This document shows, one piece after another, positions 30,726 through 43,739 of a DNA stretch of 64,000 nt; positions within the stretch are counted from its first letter, which is position 1, and every line of letters begins with the position of its first letter. Location: sequence record LR990704; one strand, 5' to 3'. Below the pieces are notes generated by a model. It was not told the origin of the DNA. It searched no databases and saw only the letters and a list, made by a program, of their open reading frames with translations. This DNA is from Escherichia phage vB_Eco_NR1. The translations under genes were made by a program, and so were the position numbers.

Positions 30726-30962
30726 TTATTTACCTATCACAGTTTTAATATGAGTTGTTCCACGTTCTTTAAGGGTGGAAAGTAATTTTTGGCATTTTTC
30801 TAAATCAGATTTCCAACTATATGGTCTATCAATACTAGTCCAATCAGTTTTATAATACTGTTTCCATTTAGAGAAAAAATATTTCTTATACTCTACAGCA
30901 AATGAGATGTTCTCGTTAGAATAAGAACTAATTGCTGTGAGCTTTACCAAACGAAATTTCAT
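30726..30962 (-). CDS. 31.2: hypothetical protein (T4 31.2 position)
   Basis: 78 aa ORF. Confidence 0.65.
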   Translation of the reverse strand: MKFRLVKLTAISSYSNENISFAVEYKKYFFSKWKQYYKTDWTSIDRPYSWKSDLEKCQKLLSTLKERGTTHIKTVIGK

Positions 30963-31543
30963 TATTCACCACAGAATTCGTTGATATTTTCCCAGTTTAA
31001 CTTATTCAAGTTTTTCTTAGGAACATTAAACACTTCAATACCTGCATTTCGCAGAATATCATCCCAGCCAGGTTTATTTTTATCGTATGTTTCACAATAA
31101 ACCAGCTTTTTAATACCAGATTGAGCTATCGCTTTTGCGCAATCTGGACAGGGAGAAAGTGTTACATACATAGTAGCACCTTCAATAGAAGAACCATTTC
31201 GTGCAGCAAACAAAATTGCATTTAGTTCAGCATGAATTTCATTTTTAGACGACCATTCAGAGTGAGCGCTACGGTGTTCTTTCGCCAAAACAAAACGATC
31301 AGTTGAACCAAACGATACACATTCAGGCTTATGACCTTGAATGATAGTATGTTTAGGCTTATTCAGCAACCAACCTTGCTCAGCAGCATAATCGCAGCAG
31401 TTCACACCCCCGGCAGGTGAACCATTATATCCGGTAGAAATAATACGTCCATTCTTTTCAATTACTGCTCCTACTTTCCAGGAGCAACATTTTGATTCTT
31501 GTGATACTAAATATGCAATTTGAAGTACTGTACTCGCTTTCAT
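30962..31543 (-). CDS. cd: dCMP deaminase
   Basis: 193 aa; cytidine/dCMP deaminase zinc motifs (..HAELNAILFAA.. and ..PCPDCAKAI..). Confidence 0.93.
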   Translation of the reverse strand: MKASTVLQIAYLVSQESKCCSWKVGAVIEKNGRIISTGYNGSPAGGVNCCDYAAEQGWLLNKPKHTIIQGHKPECVSFGSTDRFVLAKEHRSAHSEWSSKNEIHAELNAILFAARNGSSIEGATMYVTLSPCPDCAKAIAQSGIKKLVYCETYDKNKPGWDDILRNAGIEVFNVPKKNLNKLNWENINEFCGE

Positions 31544-31878
31544 TTCATAATCACCAGATAAGCAGATTTAGCAGTTTCAACACGATAAATTTCGTGACGA
31601 AGTTTAGTTATACTTTTAATAACAGAACTAATTATATTCTGCCCATCTTTAAAGCGGTTTTTCTTATCAATAAAAATTGCACCAGCCATCTTTTTGTGAA
31701 GCTCAACTGGATACTTCGTCACAATAATAGCATCATACACAGAAGGATGAATACTATTCACTAGAGTATCATTCATTAAAGTTATTCTAATGAACTGTGC
31801 TGTTTCAGAATCAAGCGCTCTATGATCGCCAGTATCATTTTCAAGACAATTATCAATTATATCAGTTAAATTCATCAT
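31540..31878 (-). CDS. hypothetical protein, 112 aa (cd.x cluster)
   Basis: ORF with ATGA overlap to cd. Confidence 0.65.
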   Translation of the reverse strand: MMNLTDIIDNCLENDTGDHRALDSETAQFIRITLMNDTLVNSIHPSVYDAIIVTKYPVELHKKMAGAIFIDKKNRFKDGQNIISSVIKSITKLRHEIYRVETAKSAYLVIMK

Positions 31879-32111
31879 AGTACGCCATACACCCTTTGTG
31901 CTTCAACTAATCCATCAAAATCCAGTTTAAGATGCGATATTTGATCGCCATCACCTGGATTCACAATTACTAATACTGAACGAGGAGTTTCGGTAATAAC
32001 ACGAACCGATGTTTCAGGAAATCGTTCAGAAACCTTATTTACCAATTCCTGCGCAAATAGTTTAACTTTTTCTTGGAATTCTTTAACAGTAATTGGTTTT
32101 TCACTTAGCAT
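31875..32111 (-). CDS. hypothetical protein, 78 aa (cd.x cluster)
   Basis: ORF downstream of an early promoter with dyad symmetry. Confidence 0.6.
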   Translation of the reverse strand: MLSEKPITVKEFQEKVKLFAQELVNKVSERFPETSVRVITETPRSVLVIVNPGDGDQISHLKLDFDGLVEAQRVYGVL

Positions 32112-32139
32112 TTTGTTTTCCTCATTTGTTTTGGTAGAG

Positions 32140-32171
32140 CTATAATATCACAACTCTACCATAAAGTAAAC
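32140..32171 (-). promoter_or_regulatory. sigma70-type early promoter upstream of the 78 aa cd.x ORF, -10 bracketed by a 7 bp inverted repeat
   Basis: Minus strand GTTTAC .. TATTAT; inverted repeat GGTAGAG / CTCTACC at about 32133..32160. Confidence 0.5.
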
Positions 32172-32173
32172 TG

Positions 32174-32479
32174 TTAAATTGCCTTGAATTCTGATGTCTG
32201 TGATTCAAAACGAATATCGCCTTTGATGACTAGCTCAGCATCAAGACCAAATACGACAATGATATGCGCGGAACCTGGATACAACGTAATGGCAATAGAA
32301 TCCACCTGGTCTGGAAGCAAAGTGTTCAATACATGAGTCACTTGAGCATGGATTCGAAGCTCGGCTGCGTTATCAAGCTTTTCAAACATATTATTAGCGA
32401 TAATTTGACTAAACACTACTTCTACGATTTTAGAATAAGTCGGAAACATATTTACCTCACATAATTTTCTTCGAGCCAA
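32174..32479 (-). CDS. hypothetical protein, about 91 to 101 aa (cd.x cluster)
   Basis: ORF between pseT and the cd cluster; start ambiguous (internal Met at residue 11). Confidence 0.6.
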   Translation of the reverse strand: MARRKLCEVNMFPTYSKIVEVVFSQIIANNMFEKLDNAAELRIHAQVTHVLNTLLPDQVDSIAITLYPGSAHIIVVFGLDAELVIKGDIRFESQTSEFKAI

Positions 32480-32513
32480 TTAATAATATCCCAAGTTTCA
32501 TGATGCCACGCCA

Positions 32514-33739
<1,226 letters not shown>

Positions 33740-33973
33740 TTATTTTTTCTCAACTAATGATTGAATATAATCATGTAGGTCTTTAGATGCTTTACCCCAC
33801 TTATTTTGATATTCATTTTTGAGATTAGCACGTGATTGAGCTAATAAAACATCATTAGTTGGAGGTAAAGATTCTAATCGTTGAATCTGACGTCCATAAA
33901 TCATTGCTGCCATCTCGGATTCATAAATCAATCCTTTGAGATGTTCAAATTGATGCCATGAAATCATTTGCAT
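33740..33973 (-). CDS. hypothetical protein, 77 aa
   Basis: ORF between the 106 aa ORF and the lipoprotein gene. Confidence 0.55.
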   Translation of the reverse strand: MQMISWHQFEHLKGLIYESEMAAMIYGRQIQRLESLPPTNDVLLAQSRANLKNEYQNKWGKASKDLHDYIQSLVEKK

Positions 33974-34263
33974 TTATCCTCTTTTAACTCTTGACGATAA
34001 TAACATATCATAGTTTTCTGATCATGTACATATCGTTTTACATCATTAAGCCAAATACGAAATTCCTGAGAATCTTCAAATGGCATACCGACCCAAGCTT
34101 TACCATCAATAACTTTAACTTGCCAAGATAGTTTAGCTTCGTCATATGACTTTATTTGCACAGGCCAATTAGGATGAACTGTTTCTTTCTTTACTTCTAG
34201 AGGCTTTGTAGAACAACCAACTAGAAGACCAATAGATAATATTACTGCTGATAGTTTAATCAT
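33964..34263 (-). CDS. outer-membrane spanin (lipoprotein; T4 pseT.2-like)
   Basis: 99 aa; signal peptide with lipobox LLVGC. Confidence 0.7.
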   Translation of the reverse strand: MIKLSAVILSIGLLVGCSTKPLEVKKETVHPNWPVQIKSYDEAKLSWQVKVIDGKAWVGMPFEDSQEFRIWLNDVKRYVHDQKTMICYYRQELKEDKCK

Positions 34264-34613
34264 TTAGAAAGGTCCTGGATGTCTTCTGCGAACTTGTTGA
34301 AGGAATTGTTGATTTGTTTTTCAACCAATCCTGGCTTACGAGCCACCACATCCGCCTTCTTTGCGTCTTTGCGCAGCTTTTCATTTTCACGCTCAATAGC
34401 AGCAATTGCCTCACGATTTTTAGTATTCATCGCATCAATATAATTATACTGAATTCGCAAATTATTTAATGCTAAAGCGTTTTCATTGGCTGTTTTTGTA
34501 ATTTCAGTAACTGATGTTTCTAATCTTTCTACCTTATTTTTTAAAATAATAGATGTTCCGCCAAATGCTATTACAAGTAATAGCAATCCAGCTGTTGTAT
34601 TACTTAATTGCAT
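34260..34613 (-). CDS. inner-membrane spanin (T4 pseT.3-like)
   Basis: 117 aa; N-terminal transmembrane helix followed by coiled-coil; ATGA coupling to the o-spanin. Confidence 0.7.
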   Translation of the reverse strand: MQLSNTTAGLLLLVIAFGGTSIILKNKVERLETSVTEITKTANENALALNNLRIQYNYIDAMNTKNREAIAAIERENEKLRKDAKKADVVARKPGLVEKQINNSFNKFAEDIQDLSK

Positions 34614-35107
34614 AAAGTTTTAATAACCTCTATAATATCGTCTTGAGAAAGACCGTTAATTAAAATATGATGTTCAGCCGGAGATTTAGAAATTTTAAAG
34701 CATGCCTCAACATCTTCTGCCATATCCGATGCACTACGATTTGGATTACTAATTCCAAGACGATGCTTTCCAGTCAAAGGATTAACGATGATATAGCATT
34801 TGCAGCTATTGATATGAACATTAGGCTGAGTCTGATTAATGAACACTTCGCAATCATACTTAGCGAGTTGATTTTCTAAAAAGACTTTCATCTCTTCAAC
34901 CGCATCAGGAAGCATATCACGGGCTTGCTCAAGACGACGATTTCGATATTCTTTAATGGTCGTTTTCCGCTTGACTTGCTTAGCTAAATCTTTCTTAAGA
35001 TCGGTGATATATCCAACTCGACGATTTCCTTTGAATACAGAAATCCCATCTGTAGTATCACCGTATGCTTCAACGACCATTTCAGTAGTAATAAGTTGTA
35101 AATCCAT
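34604..35107 (-). CDS. alc: Alc, inhibitor of host transcription elongation
   Basis: 167 aa from the second Met; preceded by the repeated early promoter/leader cassette. Confidence 0.85.
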   Translation of the reverse strand: MDLQLITTEMVVEAYGDTTDGISVFKGNRRVGYITDLKKDLAKQVKRKTTIKEYRNRRLEQARDMLPDAVEEMKVFLENQLAKYDCEVFINQTQPNVHINSCKCYIIVNPLTGKHRLGISNPNRSASDMAEDVEACFKISKSPAEHHILINGLSQDDIIEVIKTLCN

Positions 35108-35114
35108 CATAAAG

Positions 35115-35168
35115 TCCTCATGTTATGTCAGTAAGACTACTGTAACACAACACGAGGGACTTGTAAAC
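35115..35168 (-). repeat. 54 bp early promoter/5' leader cassette, copy 2 (upstream of alc)
   Basis: 53 of 54 nt identical to 20268..20321; starts 3 nt after the rnlA stop. Confidence 0.85.
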
Positions 35169-35171
35169 AGC

Positions 35172-36759
<1,588 letters not shown>

Positions 36760-36760
36760 A

Positions 36761-36781
36761 ATAAAATGGGCCTTGCGGCCC
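36761..36781 (-). terminator. GC stem-loop between nrdB and denA
   Basis: GGGCC-GCAA-GGCCC stem-loop followed by AUUUUAUU just before the denA ATG. Confidence 0.5.
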
Positions 36782-36786
36782 ACTCC

Positions 36787-37965
36787 TTAAAAGTATTTTT
36801 TAAAACTCATCATAACTTTATCATCAACATCATTATCAATCTGTGCAACAAGGTAAGATGACAGTTCTACTTCTTGTGGCGCGGATTGAACATTATCAGA
36901 ATTAAGATATTCACGAATCCAAGGATATGGATGTTTAACCGGAGCATCGGTAATCGGGCATGGAAGACCACACTGTTTCATACGAGATACAGTTAAGTAA
37001 TCAATAAAGCTCCACATGCTATTTGTATTTAATCCAGGAACATCGCCATCTTTAAATAAATGAACTGCCCAATCTTTTTCTTGGCGGTTAACTTCCATGA
37101 AAATATCAACTGCTTCTTGTTCACACTCTTGAGCAATTTTAACCCATTGATCGCCATCAGTACCAGATTGAAGTTGACGAATAATATATTGGGTGCCTTT
37201 AAGGTGAAGCTGTTCATCGCGTGCAATGAACTTCATAATCTTGGCATTACCTTCCATGATTTCCATGTTCTTATGGAAGTTAAAGGTACATGCGAAAGAT
37301 ACATAAAAACGAATAGCTTCCAATGCGTTAATTACATGCAAACAGAGGTAAAGAGATTTCATTAGCTCACGCTTCCAATATGTCTCATGCTCAATAGCAT
37401 CTTCAATAACGTCTTCGTCTGCATTAATTTCTTTTTGGTATTCGATATCAGCTTTAGCGTTTTCCCAATAACGAGTTTTAATCAGAACATCATCATAATA
37501 ACGTCCAATGGATTCAGCACGTTTCATAATAGCTTCATCTAATACAATTTCATCAAATACCTTCGATGGATCAGTATAAAGATTTCGCATGATATGTGTA
37601 TATGAACGGCTGTGAATAGTTTCACTAAAAGTCCATGTAGCAACCCATGTATCAAGGCTTGGGTCTGAAATTAATGACATAAGTACAGCAGATGGCGCAC
37701 GACCCTGAATGCTATCCAAAAGTGATTGATACTTCAGGTTATTAGTAAAAATATTTTGCTGATACTGAGGAAGCTTGTTAAATTGTGCAGCATCCATCAT
37801 TAAGTTTACTTCTTCAGGACGCCAGAAAAATGACAATTGCTTTTCGGTTAAATCTTCAAAAACTTTATGGCGTTGAATATCATAACGCGCAATACCAAGA
37901 CCTGAACCGAAGAACATAGGTTCTTTTAAAACATCAACTGGATTTGTATTAAAAACTGTAGACAT
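36787..37965 (-). CDS. nrdB: ribonucleotide reductase beta subunit, uninterrupted
   Basis: 392 aa contiguous ORF; no intron. Confidence 0.95.
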   Translation of the reverse strand: MSTVFNTNPVDVLKEPMFFGSGLGIARYDIQRHKVFEDLTEKQLSFFWRPEEVNLMMDAAQFNKLPQYQQNIFTNNLKYQSLLDSIQGRAPSAVLMSLISDPSLDTWVATWTFSETIHSRSYTHIMRNLYTDPSKVFDEIVLDEAIMKRAESIGRYYDDVLIKTRYWENAKADIEYQKEINADEDVIEDAIEHETYWKRELMKSLYLCLHVINALEAIRFYVSFACTFNFHKNMEIMEGNAKIMKFIARDEQLHLKGTQYIIRQLQSGTDGDQWVKIAQECEQEAVDIFMEVNRQEKDWAVHLFKDGDVPGLNTNSMWSFIDYLTVSRMKQCGLPCPITDAPVKHPYPWIREYLNSDNVQSAPQEVELSSYLVAQIDNDVDDKVMMSFKKYF

Positions 37966-37999
37966 ATTATTCTCGCTTATTATGGTTTAAATTATTTAA

Positions 38000-38791
38000 T
38001 CACATATTGTGTATAAGCACTTCGGTCTGAAATGATGCACCCTTCTTTTGCTTCCTATACATGGTTTCAAAATATTCAATTTTGAAATTATTAGAAAGGG
38101 CCCAATCTTTTAAAATATAATTATTAATATCGTCTGATAGATTATTAGTGATAATAAATTTAGACTTCGATTGTTTAATTTTGTCTAATAATTCTAATTC
38201 ATCCTTTTCTTCCCAGCCTGAATATTTAAATTTAGTAGAAAGATACGGCGGGTCAATGAATAAATTTTTGTTTTCAAAATCCAAATCTCTGAATGATTTA
38301 TTACTAAATGTAAATCGGTGCTGTCTATTTTTAAATTCAGAAAATTTATCCTGCTGAGACTTATTAAAAGAAGTTCTGGAATACTTGGCTCTATTGGCGA
38401 AAGCCGCGTTATAATTCCCATTACTAGAAAATCGGATTAACGAACTGAATGAAAATAAATGTAGAACATAAAGATATAATCCGTTTTTGGTTTTATCGTA
38501 TTCTTTTGACAGATTATAAAAAGGTGCTGAATCTTTGTCATTCAAATTAAAATCTTCAATAATTTTAACTATATCATTAATTGAAGATGATTTCATCTTT
38601 TTATACATGTCTATAAGAGGAGTATTAATATCATTACATATAACATCTCTCTGACAATTCATAGAAAATCCAAGACCACCACAAAAAGCATCCAAAACAG
38701 GCTTATCGTCAAAGCGGTTTGAAAATTGTCTAATAAATGGCATATACTTATGTTTTGCACCTGGATATGTTATGGCAGGTAGGTCTTTCAT
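38000..38791 (-). CDS. Dam-family N6-adenine DNA methyltransferase-like protein
   Basis: 263 aa; N-terminal YPGAK, motif I DAFCGGLGF (FxGxG) and motif IV IDPPYL in alpha-class order; AT-rich relative to the flanking nrd genes. Confidence 0.8.
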   Translation of the reverse strand: MKDLPAITYPGAKHKYMPFIRQFSNRFDDKPVLDAFCGGLGFSMNCQRDVICNDINTPLIDMYKKMKSSSINDIVKIIEDFNLNDKDSAPFYNLSKEYDKTKNGLYLYVLHLFSFSSLIRFSSNGNYNAAFANRAKYSRTSFNKSQQDKFSEFKNRQHRFTFSNKSFRDLDFENKNLFIDPPYLSTKFKYSGWEEKDELELLDKIKQSKSKFIITNNLSDDINNYILKDWALSNNFKIEYFETMYRKQKKGASFQTEVLIHNM

Positions 38792-38834
38792 ATTATTTCT
38801 CGTTGTTGGTGACTCGTCCGTGAGTCAAATTATA

Positions 38835-41099
38835 TCATAATTTACAGGATGAACAATCTTCAGCTTTTGGAGTTTCTATTTCATAATCATCAGTACCAGA
38901 ACCATCACGGGTATTATGATAATAGAAATTTTTTCCGCCAAAATACCAAAAGTACAAAAGGTCATCAATCATTACAGACATTGGAACCTTTCCTTTTGGA
39001 AAAATCTGCGGGTCATAATATGTATTTGCTGAAGCTGATTGACATACCCATTTAAGCATAATAGCTACCTGCGTAAGATAAGGTTTATTACCTTTCTTAG
39101 CTAATTTCCATGTATAATCATAGAGGTCTATGTTATGCTCAATATTGGGCACGACTTGATTAAAGGAGCCCTCTTTTGATTCTTTAACAGAGACTGGTCC
39201 ACGTGGAGGCTCGATACCGTTTGTACTGTTAGAAACTTGGGAAGATGACTCACATGGCATAAGTGCTGATAATGTGCTATTACGGATGCCAAAGAGCTTA
39301 AGGTCTTCCCGCAGCGACGACCAGTCACAAACGTATTTTGGAGCTGCGATTTGGTCAATCTTTTTATTGTACCAGTCGATAGGTAATTCGCCTCGAGACC
39401 AACGAGTGTCTGAATAATATTCGCAAGGTCCTTTTTCTTTGGCGAGCTTAATGGATGCTTTAATGAGTCCATACTGTAATCTCTCAAATAGTTCATGTGT
39501 TAAATCGTTAGCATCTTCATAAGAAGCAAAGTTACTTGCCAGCCAAGCTGCATAGTTAGTAACACCTACACCGAGGTTACGACGCTTTTTAGCTTTTTCT
39601 GCTTCAGGAACTGGATATCCTTGGTAATCCAAAAGATTATCAAGAGCACGAACTTGGACTTCTGCCAATTCATTAATTTTATCTTGGTCTTGCCAGTCAA
39701 AATTATCCAGTACGAATGCAGATAACGTACACAATCCAATTTCAGCATCAGGACTATTCACATCATTTGTTGGAATAGCAATTTCACAACACAAGTTACT
39801 CTGACGAATAGGTGCCTTTTCACGAATAAACGGAGTATAGTTATTCGTATTATCAATGAACTGTACATAAATCCTTGCTGTTCCTGAACGTTCAGTCATG
39901 AGCAATTCAAATAGTTCACGGGCTTTAATACGCTTTTTACGAATATTAGGGTCTTTTTCTGCTGCTTCGTATAATTCACGGAAACGGTCTTGGTCTTTAA
40001 AATAAGAATAATAAAGCTCTCCACCCATTTCATGTGGACTGAACAAAGTAATGTAATCGTTCTTTCCAAATCGTTCCATCATCAAATCATTCAGCTGAAC
40101 GCCATAATCCATATGACGAATGCGGTTTTCTTCTACGCCTTTGTTATTTTTCAAAACGAGAAGATTTTCAACTTCCAAATGCCAAATAGGATAATAAGCA
40201 GTAGCAGCGCCGCCACGAATTCCACCCTGTGAACATGATTTAACTGCAGTCTGAAAATGTTTCCAAAAAGGAATAACACCAGTATGACGTACTTCACCCA
40301 TGCCAATCTTAGAACCTTCAGCACGAATCATACCAACATTAATACCAATTCCAGCGCGTTTAGAGATATATTCAACAATTGAAGCGGAAGCCTTATTGAT
40401 AGACTTCAATGAATCACCTGCCTCAATAACAACACATGAACTAAACTGTCGAGTTGGAGTACGGCAACCAGCCATAATAGGAGTTGGCAATGAAATCTGT
40501 CGAGTAGATACTGCTTCATAAAAACGGATAACATGTTTTAATCTATCAACAGGTTCATCTTGATGCAGTGCCATTCCAATAGTCATAAATGCAAACTGCG
40601 GAGTTTCATAAATTTGACCAGTGGTTTTATCTTTAACTAGATATTTTTCTTTTAATTGCATCGCACCGGAATAAGTAAATTCCATATCCCGCTCGTGCTT
40701 AATTTTTGATTCTAAAAATGTAATTTCTTCTGCTGAATATTTTGACAATAATTCAGGGTCATATTTACCTGCATTTACACAGTAAGAAATATGGTCAATA
40801 AATGAACGCGGTTCATACTGCCCGTAAACATGCTTACGAAGAGCAAACATTAAACAGCGTGCAGCTACATATTGATAATCAGGCTCTTCAACCGAAATAG
40901 AATTCGCAGCAGCCTTAATTACAATAGTTTGAATGTCATCAGTGGTCATTCCATCACGGAGATATGATTTAATATTTTCATATAATTCATAAGGATCTAC
41001 AGATGTTCCTTCAGCTGCCCAAGATAAAACTTTAATAATTTTTTGTGGGTCAAAGCTCTGAGAAACACCACTACTTTTGATAACATTAATTAATTGCAT
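38835..41099 (-). CDS. nrdA: ribonucleotide reductase alpha subunit
   Basis: 754 aa; [22 protein letters not shown].. recognised as T4 NrdA. Confidence 0.97.
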   Translation of the reverse strand: MQLINVIKSSGVSQSFDPQKIIKVLSWAAEGTSVDPYELYENIKSYLRDGMTTDDIQTIVIKAAANSISVEEPDYQYVAARCLMFALRKHVYGQYEPRSFIDHISYCVNAGKYDPELLSKYSAEEITFLESKIKHERDMEFTYSGAMQLKEKYLVKDKTTGQIYETPQFAFMTIGMALHQDEPVDRLKHVIRFYEAVSTRQISLPTPIMAGCRTPTRQFSSCVVIEAGDSLKSINKASASIVEYISKRAGIGINVGMIRAEGSKIGMGEVRHTGVIPFWKHFQTAVKSCSQGGIRGGAATAYYPIWHLEVENLLVLKNNKGVEENRIRHMDYGVQLNDLMMERFGKNDYITLFSPHEMGGELYYSYFKDQDRFRELYEAAEKDPNIRKKRIKARELFELLMTERSGTARIYVQFIDNTNNYTPFIREKAPIRQSNLCCEIAIPTNDVNSPDAEIGLCTLSAFVLDNFDWQDQDKINELAEVQVRALDNLLDYQGYPVPEAEKAKKRRNLGVGVTNYAAWLASNFASYEDANDLTHELFERLQYGLIKASIKLAKEKGPCEYYSDTRWSRGELPIDWYNKKIDQIAAPKYVCDWSSLREDLKLFGIRNSTLSALMPCESSSQVSNSTNGIEPPRGPVSVKESKEGSFNQVVPNIEHNIDLYDYTWKLAKKGNKPYLTQVAIMLKWVCQSASANTYYDPQIFPKGKVPMSVMIDDLLYFWYFGGKNFYYHNTRDGSGTDDYEIETPKAEDCSSCKL

Positions 41100-41416
41100 A
41101 AGTCCTCAACTTGAAAATCGTCTTTAAACAATCGGTTAACTATATGAGCTATTATATCACCATGACACGGCTTTGGTTTACATGTGCATCCTAGCCTCAT
41201 TCCACGTAAAGGCTCTAAATGTGCTTTAGTTATTTCTCCGGATTTAATTCGACGTATAAAATCTTTTTTGAATAATTCAATGGCAGCCTCCCGGCTGCCA
41301 GCATCTTTACCGACGTAATTTCCCCAAAATGTACCACGGTGAATATTAACATCAAAGTCGGATTTGTATTTATTCACTACCCGGCATAGACGGCCCACGC
41401 TGGAATAATTCGTCAT
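41090..41416 (-). CDS. small protein with DUF4326-like C-terminal Cys/His motif
   Basis: 108 aa; ..[39 protein letters not shown]..; overlaps nrdA start by 10 nt. Confidence 0.6.
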   Translation of the reverse strand: MTNYSSVGRLCRVVNKYKSDFDVNIHRGTFWGNYVGKDAGSREAAIELFKKDFIRRIKSGEITKAHLEPLRGMRLGCTCKPKPCHGDIIAHIVNRLFKDDFQVEDLCN

Positions 41417-41633
41417 ATTGTTTTTCCGTTAAAACAGTAATATCGTAGTAACAGTCAGAAGAAGTTTTAACTGTGGAAATTTTATTATCAAAATACTCAC
41501 GAGTCATTTTATGAGTATAATATTTTTTACCATAAATGATAATAGGCTGTTCTGGTCCTGGAACTTCTAACTCGCTTGGGTTAGGAAGTGTAAAAAGAAC
41601 AACGCCAGAAGTATCTTTAAATCGTAAAATCAT
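41370..41633 (-). CDS. hypothetical protein, 87 aa
   Basis: ORF with ATGA coupling to the td stop; overlaps the next ORF by 47 nt in another frame. Confidence 0.5.
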   Translation of the reverse strand: MILRFKDTSGVVLFTLPNPSELEVPGPEQPIIIYGKKYYTHKMTREYFDNKISTVKTSSDCYYDITVLTEKQYDELFQRGPSMPGSE

Positions 41634-42490
41634 ATTGCCATTTTCCCTTTAATTGCTGGATGCGATTCATAATTTTCAAGGATAAAATCTTTCGGTTTCA
41701 TGTATTCAGTTAACCAGTAAAGCTGTGTTTCGGTGTCACAATTTCCAAACTCTATAGGCCAATCAATTTTAAGTTCACATAGTTCTTTAGGCTCACGACG
41801 TAAAATTTCTTTACATTGCTCAGTATGATTCATATAGATGTGAGTATTACCACCAGAAAATATCAAATCTCCTGGGATAAGATTACACATCTTAGCCACA
41901 ATATGCGTCAAGGCAGCGTACGAGGCAATGTTGAATGGCAATCCCAAGAAAACATCTACACTTCTTTGGTACCATTGTAAATCAAGATAACCATTACGCA
42001 CATTAAACTGATAGAACATATGACAGGGCGGTAATGCCATTTGATTGATTTCAGCTGGATTCCATGCTGAAACGATTTGACGTCGATCAGTTGGTAATTT
42101 TTTAATACGATCAATAGTTTCAACTAATTGATCCACACCACCGAAATCACGCCATTGTTTACCGTATATAGGACCAAGTTCACCACTATGATATCCTAGG
42201 TCTTTAGCCTGGTTTTCATAGTTATCGTCCCAAATAGTTTTGCCTTGAATAAGACTACCATGAGTGCGAAGACGTAAATCATTAACATTGGTAGAACCGG
42301 AAATAAACCATAAAAGCTCAGCAATGCATGCATTCCAGGCGAGCTTCTTAGTTGTTACTGCAGGAAAACCTTTACTTAAATCCCAGCGTAATTTAGTACC
42401 GAACAAAGCAATTGTTCCTGTGCCCGTTCGGTCATCGGTTTCATAGCCATTTTCAAAAATGTCTTTAATTAAATCTTGGTATTGTTTCAT
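41630..42490 (-). CDS. td: thymidylate synthase, uninterrupted
   Basis: 286 aa contiguous ORF (..[10 protein letters not shown]..); no group I intron. Confidence 0.97.
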   Translation of the reverse strand: MKQYQDLIKDIFENGYETDDRTGTGTIALFGTKLRWDLSKGFPAVTTKKLAWNACIAELLWFISGSTNVNDLRLRTHGSLIQGKTIWDDNYENQAKDLGYHSGELGPIYGKQWRDFGGVDQLVETIDRIKKLPTDRRQIVSAWNPAEINQMALPPCHMFYQFNVRNGYLDLQWYQRSVDVFLGLPFNIASYAALTHIVAKMCNLIPGDLIFSGGNTHIYMNHTEQCKEILRREPKELCELKIDWPIEFGNCDTETQLYWLTEYMKPKDFILENYESHPAIKGKMAI

Positions 42491-42535
42491 TTAGTACCTT
42501 ATATAAATTATAATACATTTTATGAAGCTAAATAA

Positions 42536-42883
42536 TCAATACGGTTTAGCATCAAATTTTCTCTCAATTTCAGGCGTGAAATATAATTCTTTACCGCGTT
42601 TGGAAAAGCGACCAATAATATGATAATTATTCTCATCAAACGTGATATTACCAATATCCATAGCTTTCAACCAAATATCGATATTTCTATCCAACTTTAT
42701 GTCAAAATTCCAATACGGAGAACTATTACCGAAAATACTGCAAGCGGATTCAGTAAAACAACTACTATAAATCTTGTCTTTAGGAACTACTAATTGATAA
42801 ACGCCTTTAATAAACTGAGGACCCTGCCACTTTGGCTGTTTCTCATCTTTTTCTAATAGAATAGGGTAATAATTAAAATTCAT
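42536..42883 (-). CDS. hypothetical protein, 115 aa, between frd and td
   Basis: ORF filling the frd-td interval; AT-rich. Confidence 0.6.
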   Translation of the reverse strand: MNFNYYPILLEKDEKQPKWQGPQFIKGVYQLVVPKDKIYSSCFTESACSIFGNSSPYWNFDIKLDRNIDIWLKAMDIGNITFDENNYHIIGRFSKRGKELYFTPEIERKFDAKPY

Positions 42884-42902
42884 ATTTCCGCCACGCGTTA
42901 TT

Positions 42903-43729
<827 letters not shown>

Positions 43730-43739
43730 ATTATTTTCC

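Noticed and set aside
36787-37965. Possible residual intron or homing endonuclease fragment in nrdB
   Set aside because: The ORF is contiguous and of ordinary length with no internal stop-rich or structured insert.
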